Origin: an uncultured Acidimicrobiales bacterium
GTDB lineage: Bacteria; Actinomycetota; Acidimicrobiia; Acidimicrobiales; VFJN01
Length of the DNA: 64,000 nucleotides
Direction of reading: 5' to 3'
Assembly: GCA_963735395.1 (NCBI GenBank)
Contig: CAVTKV010000014.1
Location: 788-64,787, forward strand
This document shows positions 32,210 through 41,755 of this stretch, in pieces. The translations under genes and the position numbers were made by a program. Each line of letters starts with the position of its first letter. Positions within the stretch are counted from its first letter, which is position 1. Under the pieces are notes generated by a model. It did not search any database. It worked only from the letters and a program-made list of their open reading frames with translations, and had not been told where the DNA came from.

Positions 32210-32700
32210 TCAGCGGAACAACCGGTGCACCCTGCCGAGGTCGAGGAGCTGGGTCTCGCCGGTCCAGTCCTCGACGCCGTCGTTGTCGGTGACGACGTAG
32301 GCCCGGCCGTCGGCCGCCACGGTGAAGCCCTCGGGCTTGTCGGTGATCCATCCGTTGGTGGCCCGCAGGTCGGGCAGCAGGTCGTGGACGGCCTTGTCGC
32401 CGCGGGTGACCGGTGCCGACAGGTCGACCCGGGTCAGCCACTTGAGCTGGGAGTAGTCGCCGGTGAGGTTGTCGCGCTCGATGAGGCCGAAGCCTGCCTC
32501 GGGCAGCGCCACGATCTCGGACAGGCCGACCCACGCCGCACCGGCCGGGACCGGCTCGAGCTCGTAGGCGTGGCCCCAGGCGCCGGTCGCCGGGTCGTAG
32601 GTCCACACCGGGTCTGGGTGGGCTCGCCGGCGTTCGCCCCCGGGTCGTCGTCGAGCGCCTCGCACTCCGGCGTCGTGTAGTCCCAGCCCCGCTGCTGCGG
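32210..32700 (-). pseudogene. C-terminal fragment of an esterase-like phytase-family beta-propeller protein
   Basis: WVGLSEIVAL...IERDNLTG...DKPEGFTV...VVTDNDGV..WTGETQLL. The 5' part is absent and the TA pair lies in its place. Confidence 0.7.
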
Positions 32701-32735
32701 CTCGACTCCGTCCGGGGGCGTCGGGCCGGCGCCTC

Positions 32736-33278
32736 CTATCGGTCGCTCGTCTCGTCGCGGCCCCGCCGGGCAAGCAGATCCTCGATGAAGTAACCGACCT
32801 TGGGCTCGATCGGCTGGCCGGGGTAGTAGCGCTCGACCAGGTCGAGCCCGTCATCAACGGTGGTGAAGCCACACAGGTCGTAGAGCAGGAGCACGTCGTC
32901 CTCGTCGCGCCCCACCCGGCTGGCCAGGAGCTTCGTCGCCAGCAGGTACTGAGGCGACGCTGCCGCGACTGACAGGCACTCGCCGTCGTACACCACGCGG
33001 CGCAGCCCCCGATCGTCGCCGGGCAGGAACCCCTTGACGCCGTCGTTGAGCCAGTCGGCGTCGAGGTCGTCGTGCCGTGAGGCGACGCGATGAGCGGCGG
33101 CGCGCACGTCGGACGAGGGATGCCAGATCCCGTCGACGTCACGGGTCGCGGGTCGCGCGTCGTAGGCGACCGTCATCGCGGCGCCACCGACGATGAACAC
33201 GTCGCCACGGACGCCAGCCGCGCACAACTCGTCGTCCAGCTCGGCGAGCAGGTCGAGGATGCGCTGACGGGAGAGCAC
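32736..33278 (-). CDS. DUF6036/AbiEii-like nucleotidyltransferase (putative toxin)
   Basis: FIVGGAAM...RPATRDVDG (GG...RxTxDxD), WLNDGVKGF, LLATKLLASR...DEDD. Confidence 0.75.
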   Translation of the reverse strand: MLSRQRILDLLAELDDELCAAGVRGDVFIVGGAAMTVAYDARPATRDVDGIWHPSSDVRAAAHRVASRHDDLDADWLNDGVKGFLPGDDRGLRRVVYDGECLSVAAASPQYLLATKLLASRVGRDEDDVLLLYDLCGFTTVDDGLDLVERYYPGQPIEPKVGYFIEDLLARRGRDETSDR

Positions 33279-33284
33279 CGCGAC

Positions 33285-33872
33285 CTACACGTTCACCAGG
33301 GAATCGCGGTGGATGTACACGCCGCGGACCTTGAACGATGCCGGGCTGCCGGCATACTCCCACGCCCGCATGGAGGGCAGGTCCGTGACCCACCATCCGC
33401 GAGCGAGGTAGCGGTCGGCGTCGTGCGCCCAGTCGGGGGACTCGATGCCTGCCTGCACGGCCTGCCATTCGGCGACGGCGGCGACGAACGCGTCCCAGCG
33501 GTCGTCTCCCGTGCGGGGCGGCGCGGCGGCGATCATCCGAGTGCGTTCGTCGTTACCCGAGCGTTGGAAGTGGTGGACGAGTTCGGCGGCGCGGCGGATG
33601 GGCATGGACCGGTCGTCGGCGTTGGCCTGAAGGTCGCCACGGATGCGCAACGCCAGCCCGACCACGCTGAGCCGATGGTCGACACGGGGTTCGACCCGCA
33701 GGGCCATGCCCGCGGCTGCCGCGATGCGTTCGAGCACCTCGAGCGTCGGGTTGACGTCACCCCGCTCGATCCGGTGAACGGTGCTCGCGGCGACGCCCGC
33801 AGCCTTCGCCAGGGCGCGAACCGACAGATGCGACTCGCGGCGGATCTGTCGTACCAAGTCGTCTGGCAACAC
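33285..33872 (-). CDS. XRE-HTH protein (putative antitoxin), probable leaderless GTG start at 33872
   Basis: IRRESHLSVRALAKAAGVAASTVHRIERGDVNPTLEVL; C-terminal PPRTGDDRWDAFVAAVAE...SPASFKVRGVYIHRDSL. Confidence 0.75.
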   Translation of the reverse strand: MLPDDLVRQIRRESHLSVRALAKAAGVAASTVHRIERGDVNPTLEVLERIAAAAGMALRVEPRVDHRLSVVGLALRIRGDLQANADDRSMPIRRAAELVHHFQRSGNDERTRMIAAAPPRTGDDRWDAFVAAVAEWQAVQAGIESPDWAHDADRYLARGWWVTDLPSMRAWEYAGSPASFKVRGVYIHRDSLVNV

Positions 33873-33876
33873 GGTT

Positions 33877-33896
33877 GTAAGCGTACATGCATACGC
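33877..33896 (-). promoter_or_regulatory. Leaderless -10 box (TACGCT) overlapped by a short inverted repeat, possible auto-operator
   Basis: Minus strand reads GCGTAtgcatgTACGCT-tacaacc-GTG: GCGTA-N6-TACGC arms, and TANNNT 7 nt before the GTG. Confidence 0.4.
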
Positions 33897-34091
33897 GCAA
33901 TCCACGAAGGCTCCCTCCACCTATCGCATCTCGCCAGGCCCGTGAGGTCGTCGAACGACAGCCGCGACGTTCCATTTGATGAGCGCTGCCGACGCCGCTC
34001 AAGGACGCCGTCCCGGGCGCCGCCTGTCAGTGCCCCGCCTGATGACGGCCTCGACGGCGGGCCTGGCGGTCGGCCCGGGTCAGACCGCCGC

Positions 34092-34298
34092 TCAGGTTGG
34101 CGCCCGGCCGGTCGAGGCGGGGTTGGGAGCTGCGATCACCAGCTCGGGGTGGCCGCGACTCGCCAGGCCGACCGTGTACACCCAGCCCCCGCCTCCGGCG
34201 CCGTCGATGGGCACCAATGCCCAACCGACGTCGTCGACCAGCTGCAGTACCCTGCCCAGCGCGTCGTCGAAGCTGCTTCCGTCACACATCATGCACAT
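34092..34298 (-). pseudogene. N-terminal fragment of a DUF4262-like protein
   Basis: MCMMCDG...GWALVPI...WVYTVGLASRGHPELVI, followed by an early stop. Confidence 0.6.
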
Positions 34299-34355
34299 GC
34301 AGCCATCTTCCTTGCTGCCTATGACATTTTGATGCTGTTGGCGGTCGGCGACCCG

Positions 34356-35144
34356 TTACGACCGCAGGTTGCCGCTCAGGTACGCGGTGGCCGCGTCGCG
34401 GTACTCCTGCTCGGTGAACGCCCACTGCTGATGGTCGGCGTCGCCCCAACCGGCGACCATCGCCGGTGAGGTCCGGCCGATCGCCGACGTCATCGCACGG
34501 GTCATCGCCAGCGGCCCAGGCGGCATCCGCAGGAGTTGGTCGACGCACTCGTCGACGGCCCGGTCGAGGTCGTCACGGGCTGCCACACGCTGCGCGAAAC
34601 CGGAGCGGAGCAGCTCGTCGGCGTCGACCGGGCGGCCGGTCATGACCCAGTCGCGGGTGAGGGGGAGGCCGATCTCCCGCACCAGCAGCGGGATGCCCGC
34701 CCAGGTCAGCGGGATGCCGATGGCCAGCTCGGGGATGCGCACGACCGTGTCGTCGGCCGCCACCCGGATGTCGCACGCCGCGGCGAGCAGCGCGGCGCCG
34801 CCGATCACGTGGCCGTGGAGACGGGCGACCGTGGCCTGCGGGATGCGGTCGAGCTGCTCGAGCAGCCGCTGCCACGTCCCGGTGCGGTGACGCCGCGCCA
34901 CCCAGTCGCCCTCGACCGGTGGGTACGCAGTCGACGTGAGGTCGGCACCGGCCGAGAAGGCCCGACCGTCACCAGCGAGGACGACCACGCCGACGTCCGG
35001 TCGATCCTCCAGCTCGTGCAACTGCTCTGCCAGCGCTCGCCGCACGCCGTCGTCGAGGGCGTTCAACTTCGCTGGGCGGGACAACGTCAGTCGTGCCACA
35101 CGATCGTCGTACGTCACTGTGAGCCCGGAGCCGTCGTCGGTCAT
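34356..35144 (-). CDS. Enoyl-CoA hydratase/isomerase
   Basis: LTLSRPAKLNALD, AFSAGADL, LHGHVIGGAALLAAACDIRVA, PELAIG. Confidence 0.9.
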   Translation of the reverse strand: MTDDGSGLTVTYDDRVARLTLSRPAKLNALDDGVRRALAEQLHELEDRPDVGVVVLAGDGRAFSAGADLTSTAYPPVEGDWVARRHRTGTWQRLLEQLDRIPQATVARLHGHVIGGAALLAAACDIRVAADDTVVRIPELAIGIPLTWAGIPLLVREIGLPLTRDWVMTGRPVDADELLRSGFAQRVAARDDLDRAVDECVDQLLRMPPGPLAMTRAMTSAIGRTSPAMVAGWGDADHQQWAFTEQEYRDAATAYLSGNLRS

Positions 35145-35185
35145 GGCCGGATCGTGCCATGCAGTGCGGCACCAGTCCCGACGGT

Positions 35186-36049
35186 CTAGCGCCGCGTGGC
35201 GCTCTCCAGGTCCTGGAGGCCGACGACGCGGAGCAGGGCCAGGGCCTCGGCCTCGGGGGTGCCGGGCGGGGCCGAGTAGACGATGAGGCGCTGGTCGACA
35301 TCGGGCAGGTGCAGGGCGTCGCAGTCGAACACGAGCGGGCCGAGCTGGGGGTGGTGGACCGTCTTGCTGCTGGTGCGGCGCTCGGCCACCCGGCCCTCGT
35401 CCCACAGGGCGGCGAACCGCTCGCTGCCGGACCGTAGCTCGTCGACCAGCCGGCGGAGGCCGGGATCGTCCGGGTAGCGGGCCGCCGCCAGCCGCAGCGC
35501 CGCCACCGACTCGGCGGCGCTCTGCGCTCGCTCGTCGGGGTCGCTCGAGACCCGCCCGCCCGCCCCCAGGAACTGCTGCCACACGATGTTGCGCCGGCCC
35601 GCCGGCCAGGCCGAGAAGTCGCCGAGTAACGCGGCGGCCAGCGCGTTCCAGGCCAGCAGGTCGCCCTTGGCGTCGAGGAGCACGGCGGGCAGATCGGTGA
35701 CCCGGTCGAGCAGCCGCAGGGTGCTGGCCCGGGGCGTGCTCACGATGTGGCCCGGCAGCGGGGGCGCGGAGCCGGCCAGGTGGAACAGGTGGTCGCGCTC
35801 GTCGTCGGACAGGCGCAGCGCCCGGGCCAGGGCCGTGAGCACCAGGTCGGACGGGGTGGGGCCCCTCCCCTGCTCCAGCCGGACCAGGTAGTCGACCGAG
35901 ATCCCCGCCTGCAGGGCCACCTCCTCGCGGCGCAGCCCGGCCACCCGGCGCCGGGTGCCGGCGGGCAGGCCGACGTCGGCGGGCGACAGCCGCGACCGGT
36001 AGGACTTGAGCGCAGCGGCCAGGGCGGGGCGATCCACGGCGTCCAGCAT
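35186..36049 (-). CDS. XRE-HTH / MmyB-like regulator
   Basis: RRVAGLRREEVALQAGISVDYLVRLEQGR, HHPQLGPL. Confidence 0.9.
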   Translation of the reverse strand: MLDAVDRPALAAALKSYRSRLSPADVGLPAGTRRRVAGLRREEVALQAGISVDYLVRLEQGRGPTPSDLVLTALARALRLSDDERDHLFHLAGSAPPLPGHIVSTPRASTLRLLDRVTDLPAVLLDAKGDLLAWNALAAALLGDFSAWPAGRRNIVWQQFLGAGGRVSSDPDERAQSAAESVAALRLAAARYPDDPGLRRLVDELRSGSERFAALWDEGRVAERRTSSKTVHHPQLGPLVFDCDALHLPDVDQRLIVYSAPPGTPEAEALALLRVVGLQDLESATRR

Positions 36050-36131
36050 GCCGGGCCGGGCGCCGGCTCAGGGTGGGACCGTCGATCCCATGGTCGGCCG
36101 GCCCTGGTGACGGCCTCGGGCCGACCCCAGG

Positions 36132-36878
36132 ATGGGCGGCATGACCACCACAGTCTTGATCACTGGAGCGAACAAGGGCCTCGGCCTCGAGACCGCCCGC
36201 CAGCTCGCCGCCCGGGGCTGGACCGTCCTCCTCGGCGCCCGCGACCCTGCCCGGGGCGAGGCGGCCGCCAAGGAGTTGGCGGCGGCGGCGCCCGACGCCG
36301 GCGAAGGGACCCGGGGCGACGTGCACGTCGTGCCGCTCGACGTCACCGACGATGCGTCGGTCGATGCGGCCGTGGCCCACGTCGCCGGCCTGACCGACCG
36401 ACTCGACGTGCTGATCAACAACGCCGGCATCATCGGCTCCGCCGCCGCCCCGCTGGAGACCGGCCCCGCCGACTTCCTCGCCTGCTTCGGCGTCAACCTG
36501 CTGGGTCCCGTGCGGGTCACCCGGGCGTTCCTGCCCCTGCTGTCCCAGGCCGACCTGCCCCGCATCGTGATGGTGTCGAGCGGGATGGGGTCGCTGGCCG
36601 TGACCACCGACCCGGAACGTCTCGAGTCCGGCCTGGTCAGCCTCGTCTACCCCTCGTCCAAGGCCGCCCTCAACATGGTCACCACCCAGTACGCCAAGGC
36701 CCTGCCCGGATGGAAGGTCAACGCCGTCGACCCCGGCTACACCGCCACCGACCTCAACGGCCACTCGGGCCACAAGTCCGTCGTCGAGGGCACTCGCGCC
36801 ATCGTCGCCCTTGCCACGGTCGGTCCCGACGGCCCCACCGGCGGGTTCTTCGACGACACCGGCACCGTGCCCTGGTGA
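36132..36878 (+). CDS. Short-chain dehydrogenase/reductase
   Basis: TGANKGLG, NNAG, YPSSKAALN, PGYTATDLNGHSG. Confidence 0.9.
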   Translation: MGGMTTTVLITGANKGLGLETARQLAARGWTVLLGARDPARGEAAAKELAAAAPDAGEGTRGDVHVVPLDVTDDASVDAAVAHVAGLTDRLDVLINNAGIIGSAAAPLETGPADFLACFGVNLLGPVRVTRAFLPLLSQADLPRIVMVSSGMGSLAVTTDPERLESGLVSLVYPSSKAALNMVTTQYAKALPGWKVNAVDPGYTATDLNGHSGHKSVVEGTRAIVALATVGPDGPTGGFFDDTGTVPW

Positions 36879-36935
36879 GGGCGGGGGCTGCGGTCCTTGA
36901 ACCTAGAGCGGGCTCGAGGTCGTACCGTCCCGCAC

Positions 36936-37123
36936 ATGGCGTTCACACGGGCCGAGCTCGACCATCTCCGATCGCCGCCACTCGGTCGTCTGGCCACGGT
37001 GGGGACGACGGCGTGGTGCAGGCCAACCCGGTGGGGTTCCGGGTCACGGCCGACGGCTCGTTCCTGATCGGCACCTGGGGTGTCGAGCCCGGCGCCGGGG
37101 GCATGACCCGCCGGGACACGTGA
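36936..37123 (+). pseudogene. Truncated PPOX-class F420 oxidoreductase fragment
   Basis: MAFTRAELDHL...LGRLATV..DGVVQANPVGFRV..., then an indel and an early stop. Confidence 0.5.
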
Positions 37124-37214
37124 GCCTGACGCCGTGTGACGAGCGCGGCCGCCCTGCGACGGACGGGTGGGTGGCTGCGGCCGGCGGCGCGACATGCGCC
37201 GCCGGCCAGAACGG

Positions 37215-37595
37215 TCACCCGTCGATCTGCAGCACGGACAGGATGTTGCCGGCCGGGTCGGTGAACCAGGCGATCGGTGGGCCGTCCGGACCGCGGGCGA
37301 TCCCCTTGTCGTCCTGGGCGAAGCCCTCGTACCGCAGGAAGGTCACGCCGCGAGCCGTCAGCTCGTCGACGGCCCGGTCGATGTCGTCGACCGGGAAGTT
37401 GAGGATCGTGAACGTCGCCGGGACGTGATCGGGCTTCGGGTAGGCGAGGATGTCCCGCCCGCCCGCGATGTGCAGGCTGAGCAGCCCGTTGTCCTCGGAC
37501 ACCTTCAGCCCGAGCACCTCGCCGTAGAACGTCTTGGCCGCGCCGAGGTCGTCGACGGCGAACCCGCTGAACGCCTGCGTGTCGGCGAACATCAT
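37215..37595 (-). CDS. VOC/glyoxalase family protein
   Basis: [46 protein letters not shown]. Confidence 0.9.
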   Translation of the reverse strand: MMFADTQAFSGFAVDDLGAAKTFYGEVLGLKVSEDNGLLSLHIAGGRDILAYPKPDHVPATFTILNFPVDDIDRAVDELTARGVTFLRYEGFAQDDKGIARGPDGPPIAWFTDPAGNILSVLQIDG

Positions 37596-37987
37596 TGCCC
37601 CCTCTCGGTGGCCATGGCGGCGCGCTGGGCCTCGCTCAGCTCGATGATCTGCACATAGTTGCCGTCCGGGTCGGACGCGGTGGCGAACAGGCTGCCGTCA
37701 CGGTCCTCGAGCTCGGCCACCCACCGGGCGCCCATCCCGGCGAGGCGGGCGGTGACGGCCCGGGCGTCGTCCACCTCGAAGTTGAGGATCATCCGTCCGG
37801 GCTCGGGGTTGGCGTCCCCGACGTCGTCGCGCCGGTCGAGGAACAGGTGGACGCCGCCGAAGCGCAGCACGCGGTAGCTGTCGACCTTGGTGTCGTCCTC
37901 CGGTTCCAGGGCGGTGAGGTACCAGTCGTGCAGGCGGTCGGGGTCGGTGCTGGCGAGCAGGATGCTGCTCAGGTCGGCGTGGGTCAT
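37592..37987 (-). CDS. VOC/glyoxalase family protein
   Basis: [41 protein letters not shown]; SD GGAGGAG. Confidence 0.85.
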   Translation of the reverse strand: MTHADLSSILLASTDPDRLHDWYLTALEPEDDTKVDSYRVLRFGGVHLFLDRRDDVGDANPEPGRMILNFEVDDARAVTARLAGMGARWVAELEDRDGSLFATASDPDGNYVQIIELSEAQRAAMATERGQ

Positions 37988-38032
37988 GGCGCTCCTCCTT
38001 CGACGAAGGCGACCGCGGTGGGCCACCACGGG

Positions 38033-38063
38033 TTGAGACCGACGCAGGACCCGCGATTCATCG
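38033..38063 (-). promoter_or_regulatory. SigG-like ECF promoter (VOC operon)
   Basis: CGATGA-atcgcgggtcctgcgtcg(18)-GTCtcaa. Confidence 0.7.
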
Positions 38064-38210
38064 CCCGCCGCACCGGCGTCGTCACGCCGCTGGCCGCGCC
38101 GGACGGCCGCCGCGCCGGATGGGGTCGTCCTCGAGAACCGCCAGGCACCCCTTGCGGACGGACGCGATGCGGGGCACGCTCGTCGTGGACACCTTCCTGG
38201 AGGTGATGCG

Positions 38211-38444
38211 ATGGCGAAGTTCCTCCGCCCCATCATCTGGTCGACACGACCGTACGGGACACGACGCGAGGCGTCGCCCGGGCGACACACCCGGCCGCGT
38301 GCGGGACAGATCGGCCCGGTTCGGCGGGAGATCATCTTCGAACCGATGCCCGAGGAACCCGCTCGGACGGACCCGGCTCCGGCCGAACCCACGCCGGCCC
38401 CACCGGAACCGCAGCCCCGGGAGCCGGCGCTCGACCCGTCATGA
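38211..38444 (+). CDS. Small Pro-rich hypothetical protein
   Basis: SD GGAGGTG. Contains IGPVRREIIFEPMPEEP and a Pro-rich tail; ATGA overlap with the next gene. Confidence 0.55.
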   Translation: MAKFLRPIIWSTRPYGTRREASPGRHTRPRAGQIGPVRREIIFEPMPEEPARTDPAPAEPTPAPPEPQPREPALDPS

Positions 38445-39166
38445 GCCAGATCTCCGACGCGTGTGGTAGCGGCGATGGAGGGCGGGCGCTCGTGCCGGGT
38501 TCGTTGCGCGGCTACCGCACGTGGCGAGTGGTGGGCACGCGGGCCCACCGGCCCGACGGCACGTTGCCCTTGAGCTCGGTCACCCGCCGCCGTGTCGTGT
38601 GGTCCCCGACGCTGACCGCCCGCTGCGAGCCCAACGGCACGGCGGCACCAGGCACGTCCTCGGCGATCGAAGACGACCATCGCGCGCCGCAGTCGGGGTG
38701 CAGTTGCGGCATCTACGCGTGGTACTCCCCGACCGATGCCGACATGGTCAGCGCCCGTGTGTTCGGCGTCATCGAGGCGTCCGGTCTCATCCTCATGGGC
38801 GATCGTGGCTTCCGGGCGGAGTCAGCGAAGATCACCGCGGTCGTGACGCGGAATCGCCGGGTCACGGCGCTGTGCGCGCAGGACGGCATCGCGGTGTACC
38901 GGCGCCGCCGTGATCTCCTGCGCGACCACCCGCCCGAGGATGTGTCGTCGCTGCTGGGCGACACCCAGGCGCCCGAGCCGCACTCCGCCTCGCCCCCGAT
39001 GCCGCCGCCCTTCGGGTTCGGCGGCCTCATCCTTCTCGCCGTGTGGGGGCGCGCCGCGTTGATCGCCAGCGCCATGGTCGCCTTGCCCACGTCGCCCGCG
39101 GTGGCGACGGCCGTGGTGGCACATCTCGTCGTGATCGGGCTGATCGTCGTTCATCTACGGCACTGA
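38441..39166 (+). CDS. Hypothetical protein with GYRxW...HxAP..CxCGIYA motif and C-terminal TM segments
   Basis: LRGYRTWR, ARC, HRAPQSGCSCGIYAW, VFGVIEASG...GFRAESA. Confidence 0.7.
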   Translation: MSQISDACGSGDGGRALVPGSLRGYRTWRVVGTRAHRPDGTLPLSSVTRRRVVWSPTLTARCEPNGTAAPGTSSAIEDDHRAPQSGCSCGIYAWYSPTDADMVSARVFGVIEASGLILMGDRGFRAESAKITAVVTRNRRVTALCAQDGIAVYRRRRDLLRDHPPEDVSSLLGDTQAPEPHSASPPMPPPFGFGGLILLAVWGRAALIASAMVALPTSPAVATAVVAHLVVIGLIVVHLRH

Positions 39167-39203
39167 TCGGATCGTCGCCCGCCTCGCACCGGCCCGGCCC
39201 GCG

Positions 39204-39950
39204 TCAGAGGGCGTCGCGAATGCGCGCCACGAGGGCGGTGAGGTCGCCGTGGTGGGCGCCCCGCCAGAAGACCTGACCGCAGGCGGTGCAGCGGTGGAAC
39301 TCGTCGTAGTGCTCGCGGGTGAGCGGCTGGAGACCGTCCAGCACCTCGGCCTTGCTCACCGCCGCCAGCTCGCCGCCGCACCGAACGCAGCGGGTGAACG
39401 GCGCGAGCCGGGCTCCGAGATCGAGCCGGCGGAGCACGTCGACCACCTGCTCGACCGGCTGCTCCGAGCGCACGAACAGTCCGTGGGTCACCTGCCGCCG
39501 CTTGAGCAGCCCCCGGTCACGGGTGAGGAGGATCCGGTGCTCGGCCTGGCCGATCGACGCCAGCGCGTCGTCATCCAGGTCGCTCCCCCAGCGGGCGTCG
39601 AACCCGACCAACCGAAGGAGACGGGCGAGTCGACCGAGGTGGACGTCCAGCACGAAACGAGGCTCACGCAACGGCGCCGGCCGCAACCGGGCGATCGGCC
39701 GGATGTCCAGGCTCTCGAACACGGGGTACACGGCGATCCGGTCGCCGACCGCCGGGCGGTACGAGAAGCTCACGGCCTCGCCACCGACCACGATGAGATC
39801 GACCTCCGTGTGCGGGATGCCGGCCGCCTCGATCACGTCCTTGACGGTCTGGTGGGGCCGGAACGATCGCCGCATCGTCGTCCCCCGATCGTCCGGCGCA
39901 ACGAAGTCGTTGAGCTCGGCATATGCACGGACGTCGACGTGCCCGGTCAT
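39204..39950 (-). CDS. Mut7-C ubiquitin / RNase (PIN-like) domain protein
   Basis: TVKDVIEAAGIPHTEVDLI, FVLDVHLGRLARLLRLVGFD, LLTRDRGLL, CVRCGG...CTACGQVFWRGAH. Confidence 0.9.
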   Translation of the reverse strand: MTGHVDVRAYAELNDFVAPDDRGTTMRRSFRPHQTVKDVIEAAGIPHTEVDLIVVGGEAVSFSYRPAVGDRIAVYPVFESLDIRPIARLRPAPLREPRFVLDVHLGRLARLLRLVGFDARWGSDLDDDALASIGQAEHRILLTRDRGLLKRRQVTHGLFVRSEQPVEQVVDVLRRLDLGARLAPFTRCVRCGGELAAVSKAEVLDGLQPLTREHYDEFHRCTACGQVFWRGAHHGDLTALVARIRDAL

Positions 39951-40002
39951 CCCTCGCCAGATCGTTGACGAGTGTACGGCCATGCCCGCAGGCGACATCC
40001 CG

Positions 40003-40353
40003 TCAGCCCTCGGGGTAGTAGACGAACAGCTCGCCACCTGTGTCCGTCCATGGTGAGTGGCTCGTGCCGGCGGCGAGGTGCAGGAACGTTCCCGGCCCGT
40101 GGGCCGAGCCCTCGCCGGTCAGACCGCGGAAGGTGCCGCTGATGACGTACAGATCCTCGGGGCCGGGATCGTGGACGTCGGCGCCGGGCCACTGCGAACC
40201 GGGCGGAAAGCGCACGACGAGGGCACGGCGGGCGGCGGGCTCGGGGCCGGACCGGTAGAGGCGGTGGACGACGATGCCGTTGCCGACCTCGCTCGTCTCT
40301 GCCTCGCTGAGCTGGGCCTCGATGAAGGAGTCCGGAGTCACGGTCTCGAGCAT
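40003..40353 (-). CDS. ChrR-like cupin domain protein
   Basis: VRFPPGSQWPGADVHDPGPEDLYVISG...GTSHSPWTDTGG. Confidence 0.75.
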   Translation of the reverse strand: MLETVTPDSFIEAQLSEAETSEVGNGIVVHRLYRSGPEPAARRALVVRFPPGSQWPGADVHDPGPEDLYVISGTFRGLTGEGSAHGPGTFLHLAAGTSHSPWTDTGGELFVYYPEG

Positions 40354-40395
40354 CGACCCCCGCGGCCCCCGCTGACAAGCGTGGCCCGACCGGCG

Positions 40396-40758
40396 TCAGC
40401 CCCGAGGTGCTCCGCTGTCCCCCGACGGAGCGGTGGTGGCAGCGAGCAGGTGGCGGGCCCGCCGGCCCAGGTCGCCGAGATCGACGCGGCCGGCGTCGGC
40501 TGCGGACACGAGGCGCTCGGCGAGGTCGAGCGCCTCGTCGAGGATGGGGGCTTCCGACGCGGCGTCCTGTCCCATGTCGTGGAGGATGGTGCGCTCGGTC
40601 CGCGAGGCGACGATCGGACCGTCGAGCCCCTCGACCCACACGTTCGTGCGTCGTCCGTCGCCCCGCTGGTCGCCGCGCAACGGTTCGAGGGCGTAGATCT
40701 TGTCGGCGCGTGCGAACTTGCCGAAGCCGAGGAACACCATGCGCGGCTCGGATGGCAT
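40396..40758 (-). CDS. Conserved hypothetical protein
   Basis: MVFLGFGKFARADKIYALEPL...IVASRTERTILHDM; typical codon usage. Confidence 0.65.
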   Translation of the reverse strand: MPSEPRMVFLGFGKFARADKIYALEPLRGDQRGDGRRTNVWVEGLDGPIVASRTERTILHDMGQDAASEAPILDEALDLAERLVSAADAGRVDLGDLGRRARHLLAATTAPSGDSGAPRG

Positions 40759-40853
40759 GGCGTGATTATCCCCCGTCATGCCCGCCGAGTGGTGGTCTCG
40801 GCTCGGCCGACACCGGACGGCGTGCCTGATCCGGAGGATTTCTTCGGGCGAAC

Positions 40854-40880
40854 CGATGAGTTCGCGGCCGCCCCCGTCTC
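40854..40880 (+). promoter_or_regulatory. Degenerate SigG-like ECF promoter (SDR gene)
   Basis: CGATGA-N16-GTCtctc. The spacer is 2 nt short and contains homopolymers, so this may be an indel. Confidence 0.5.
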
Positions 40881-40936
40881 TCAACCACCACGCCCGCACA
40901 GGCGGGCGCGTGGAACAGGGATCCGAGGAGGATGAC

Positions 40937-41731
40937 ATGCTCGACGGCAAGATCGCGGTGGTCTACGGAGGCGGCGGGGCCATCGGCGGAGCCATCGCCC
41001 GGGCGTTCGCCCGCGACGGCGCCACCGTCCACCTGGCCGGCCGCACGCAGGCGAAGCTCGACGCCGTGGCCGACGACATCGCCGCCAAGGGCGGCACGGC
41101 GCAGGTGGCGCAGGTCGACGCGCTCGACGAACGGGCGGTCCGCGACCACGCCGACGCGGTCGCCGCCGAGGCCGGCGGCATCGACATCGCCGTGAACGCG
41201 GTGGGCATCATGCACGTGCAGGGCACCCCGCTGGCCGACCTGTCCGTCGACGACTACGTGCAGCCCATCACCGACTACGCCCGCACCCACTTCATCACCG
41301 CCCAGGCGGTGGCGCGCCACATGGTGGAGCAGGGCTCCGGGGTCATCATGACGCTCTCGACCCCGGGATCGCGGCTGGCCATGCCAGGGATCCTGGGGTT
41401 CGGCCCCGCCTGCGCGGCGATCGAAGCCCTCTCGCGCCTGATGGCCGCCGAGCTCGGGCCCAGCGGGGTGCGCGTGCTCTGCCTGCGGCCCGATGCCATC
41501 CCCGAGGCGGTGGGCGCGGGCTCGCACAGCGGCGACGTCTTCGCGCCGATCGCCGAGCAGGCCGGCCTGACGGTCGACGAGATGATGGCGGGCGCGGCGG
41601 AGGCCCCCCTGCTCAAGCGCTTGCCGACGCTGGACCAGGTGGCGGACGCGGCGGCGTTCGCGGCGTCGGACGGCGCCAGCGCGATGACCGGGACGGTGAT
41701 CAACCTCAGCTGCGGCTCGTTGACGGACTGA
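40937..41731 (+). CDS. Short-chain dehydrogenase/reductase (atypical active site)
   Basis: VVYGGGGAIGGAIARAF, AELGPSGVRV, MTGTVINLSCG. FGPAC replaces YxxxK. Confidence 0.85.
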   Translation: MLDGKIAVVYGGGGAIGGAIARAFARDGATVHLAGRTQAKLDAVADDIAAKGGTAQVAQVDALDERAVRDHADAVAAEAGGIDIAVNAVGIMHVQGTPLADLSVDDYVQPITDYARTHFITAQAVARHMVEQGSGVIMTLSTPGSRLAMPGILGFGPACAAIEALSRLMAAELGPSGVRVLCLRPDAIPEAVGAGSHSGDVFAPIAEQAGLTVDEMMAGAAEAPLLKRLPTLDQVADAAAFAASDGASAMTGTVINLSCGSLTD

Positions 41732-41755
41732 CGCCGAGTCGGACGGTCCGGTCGT

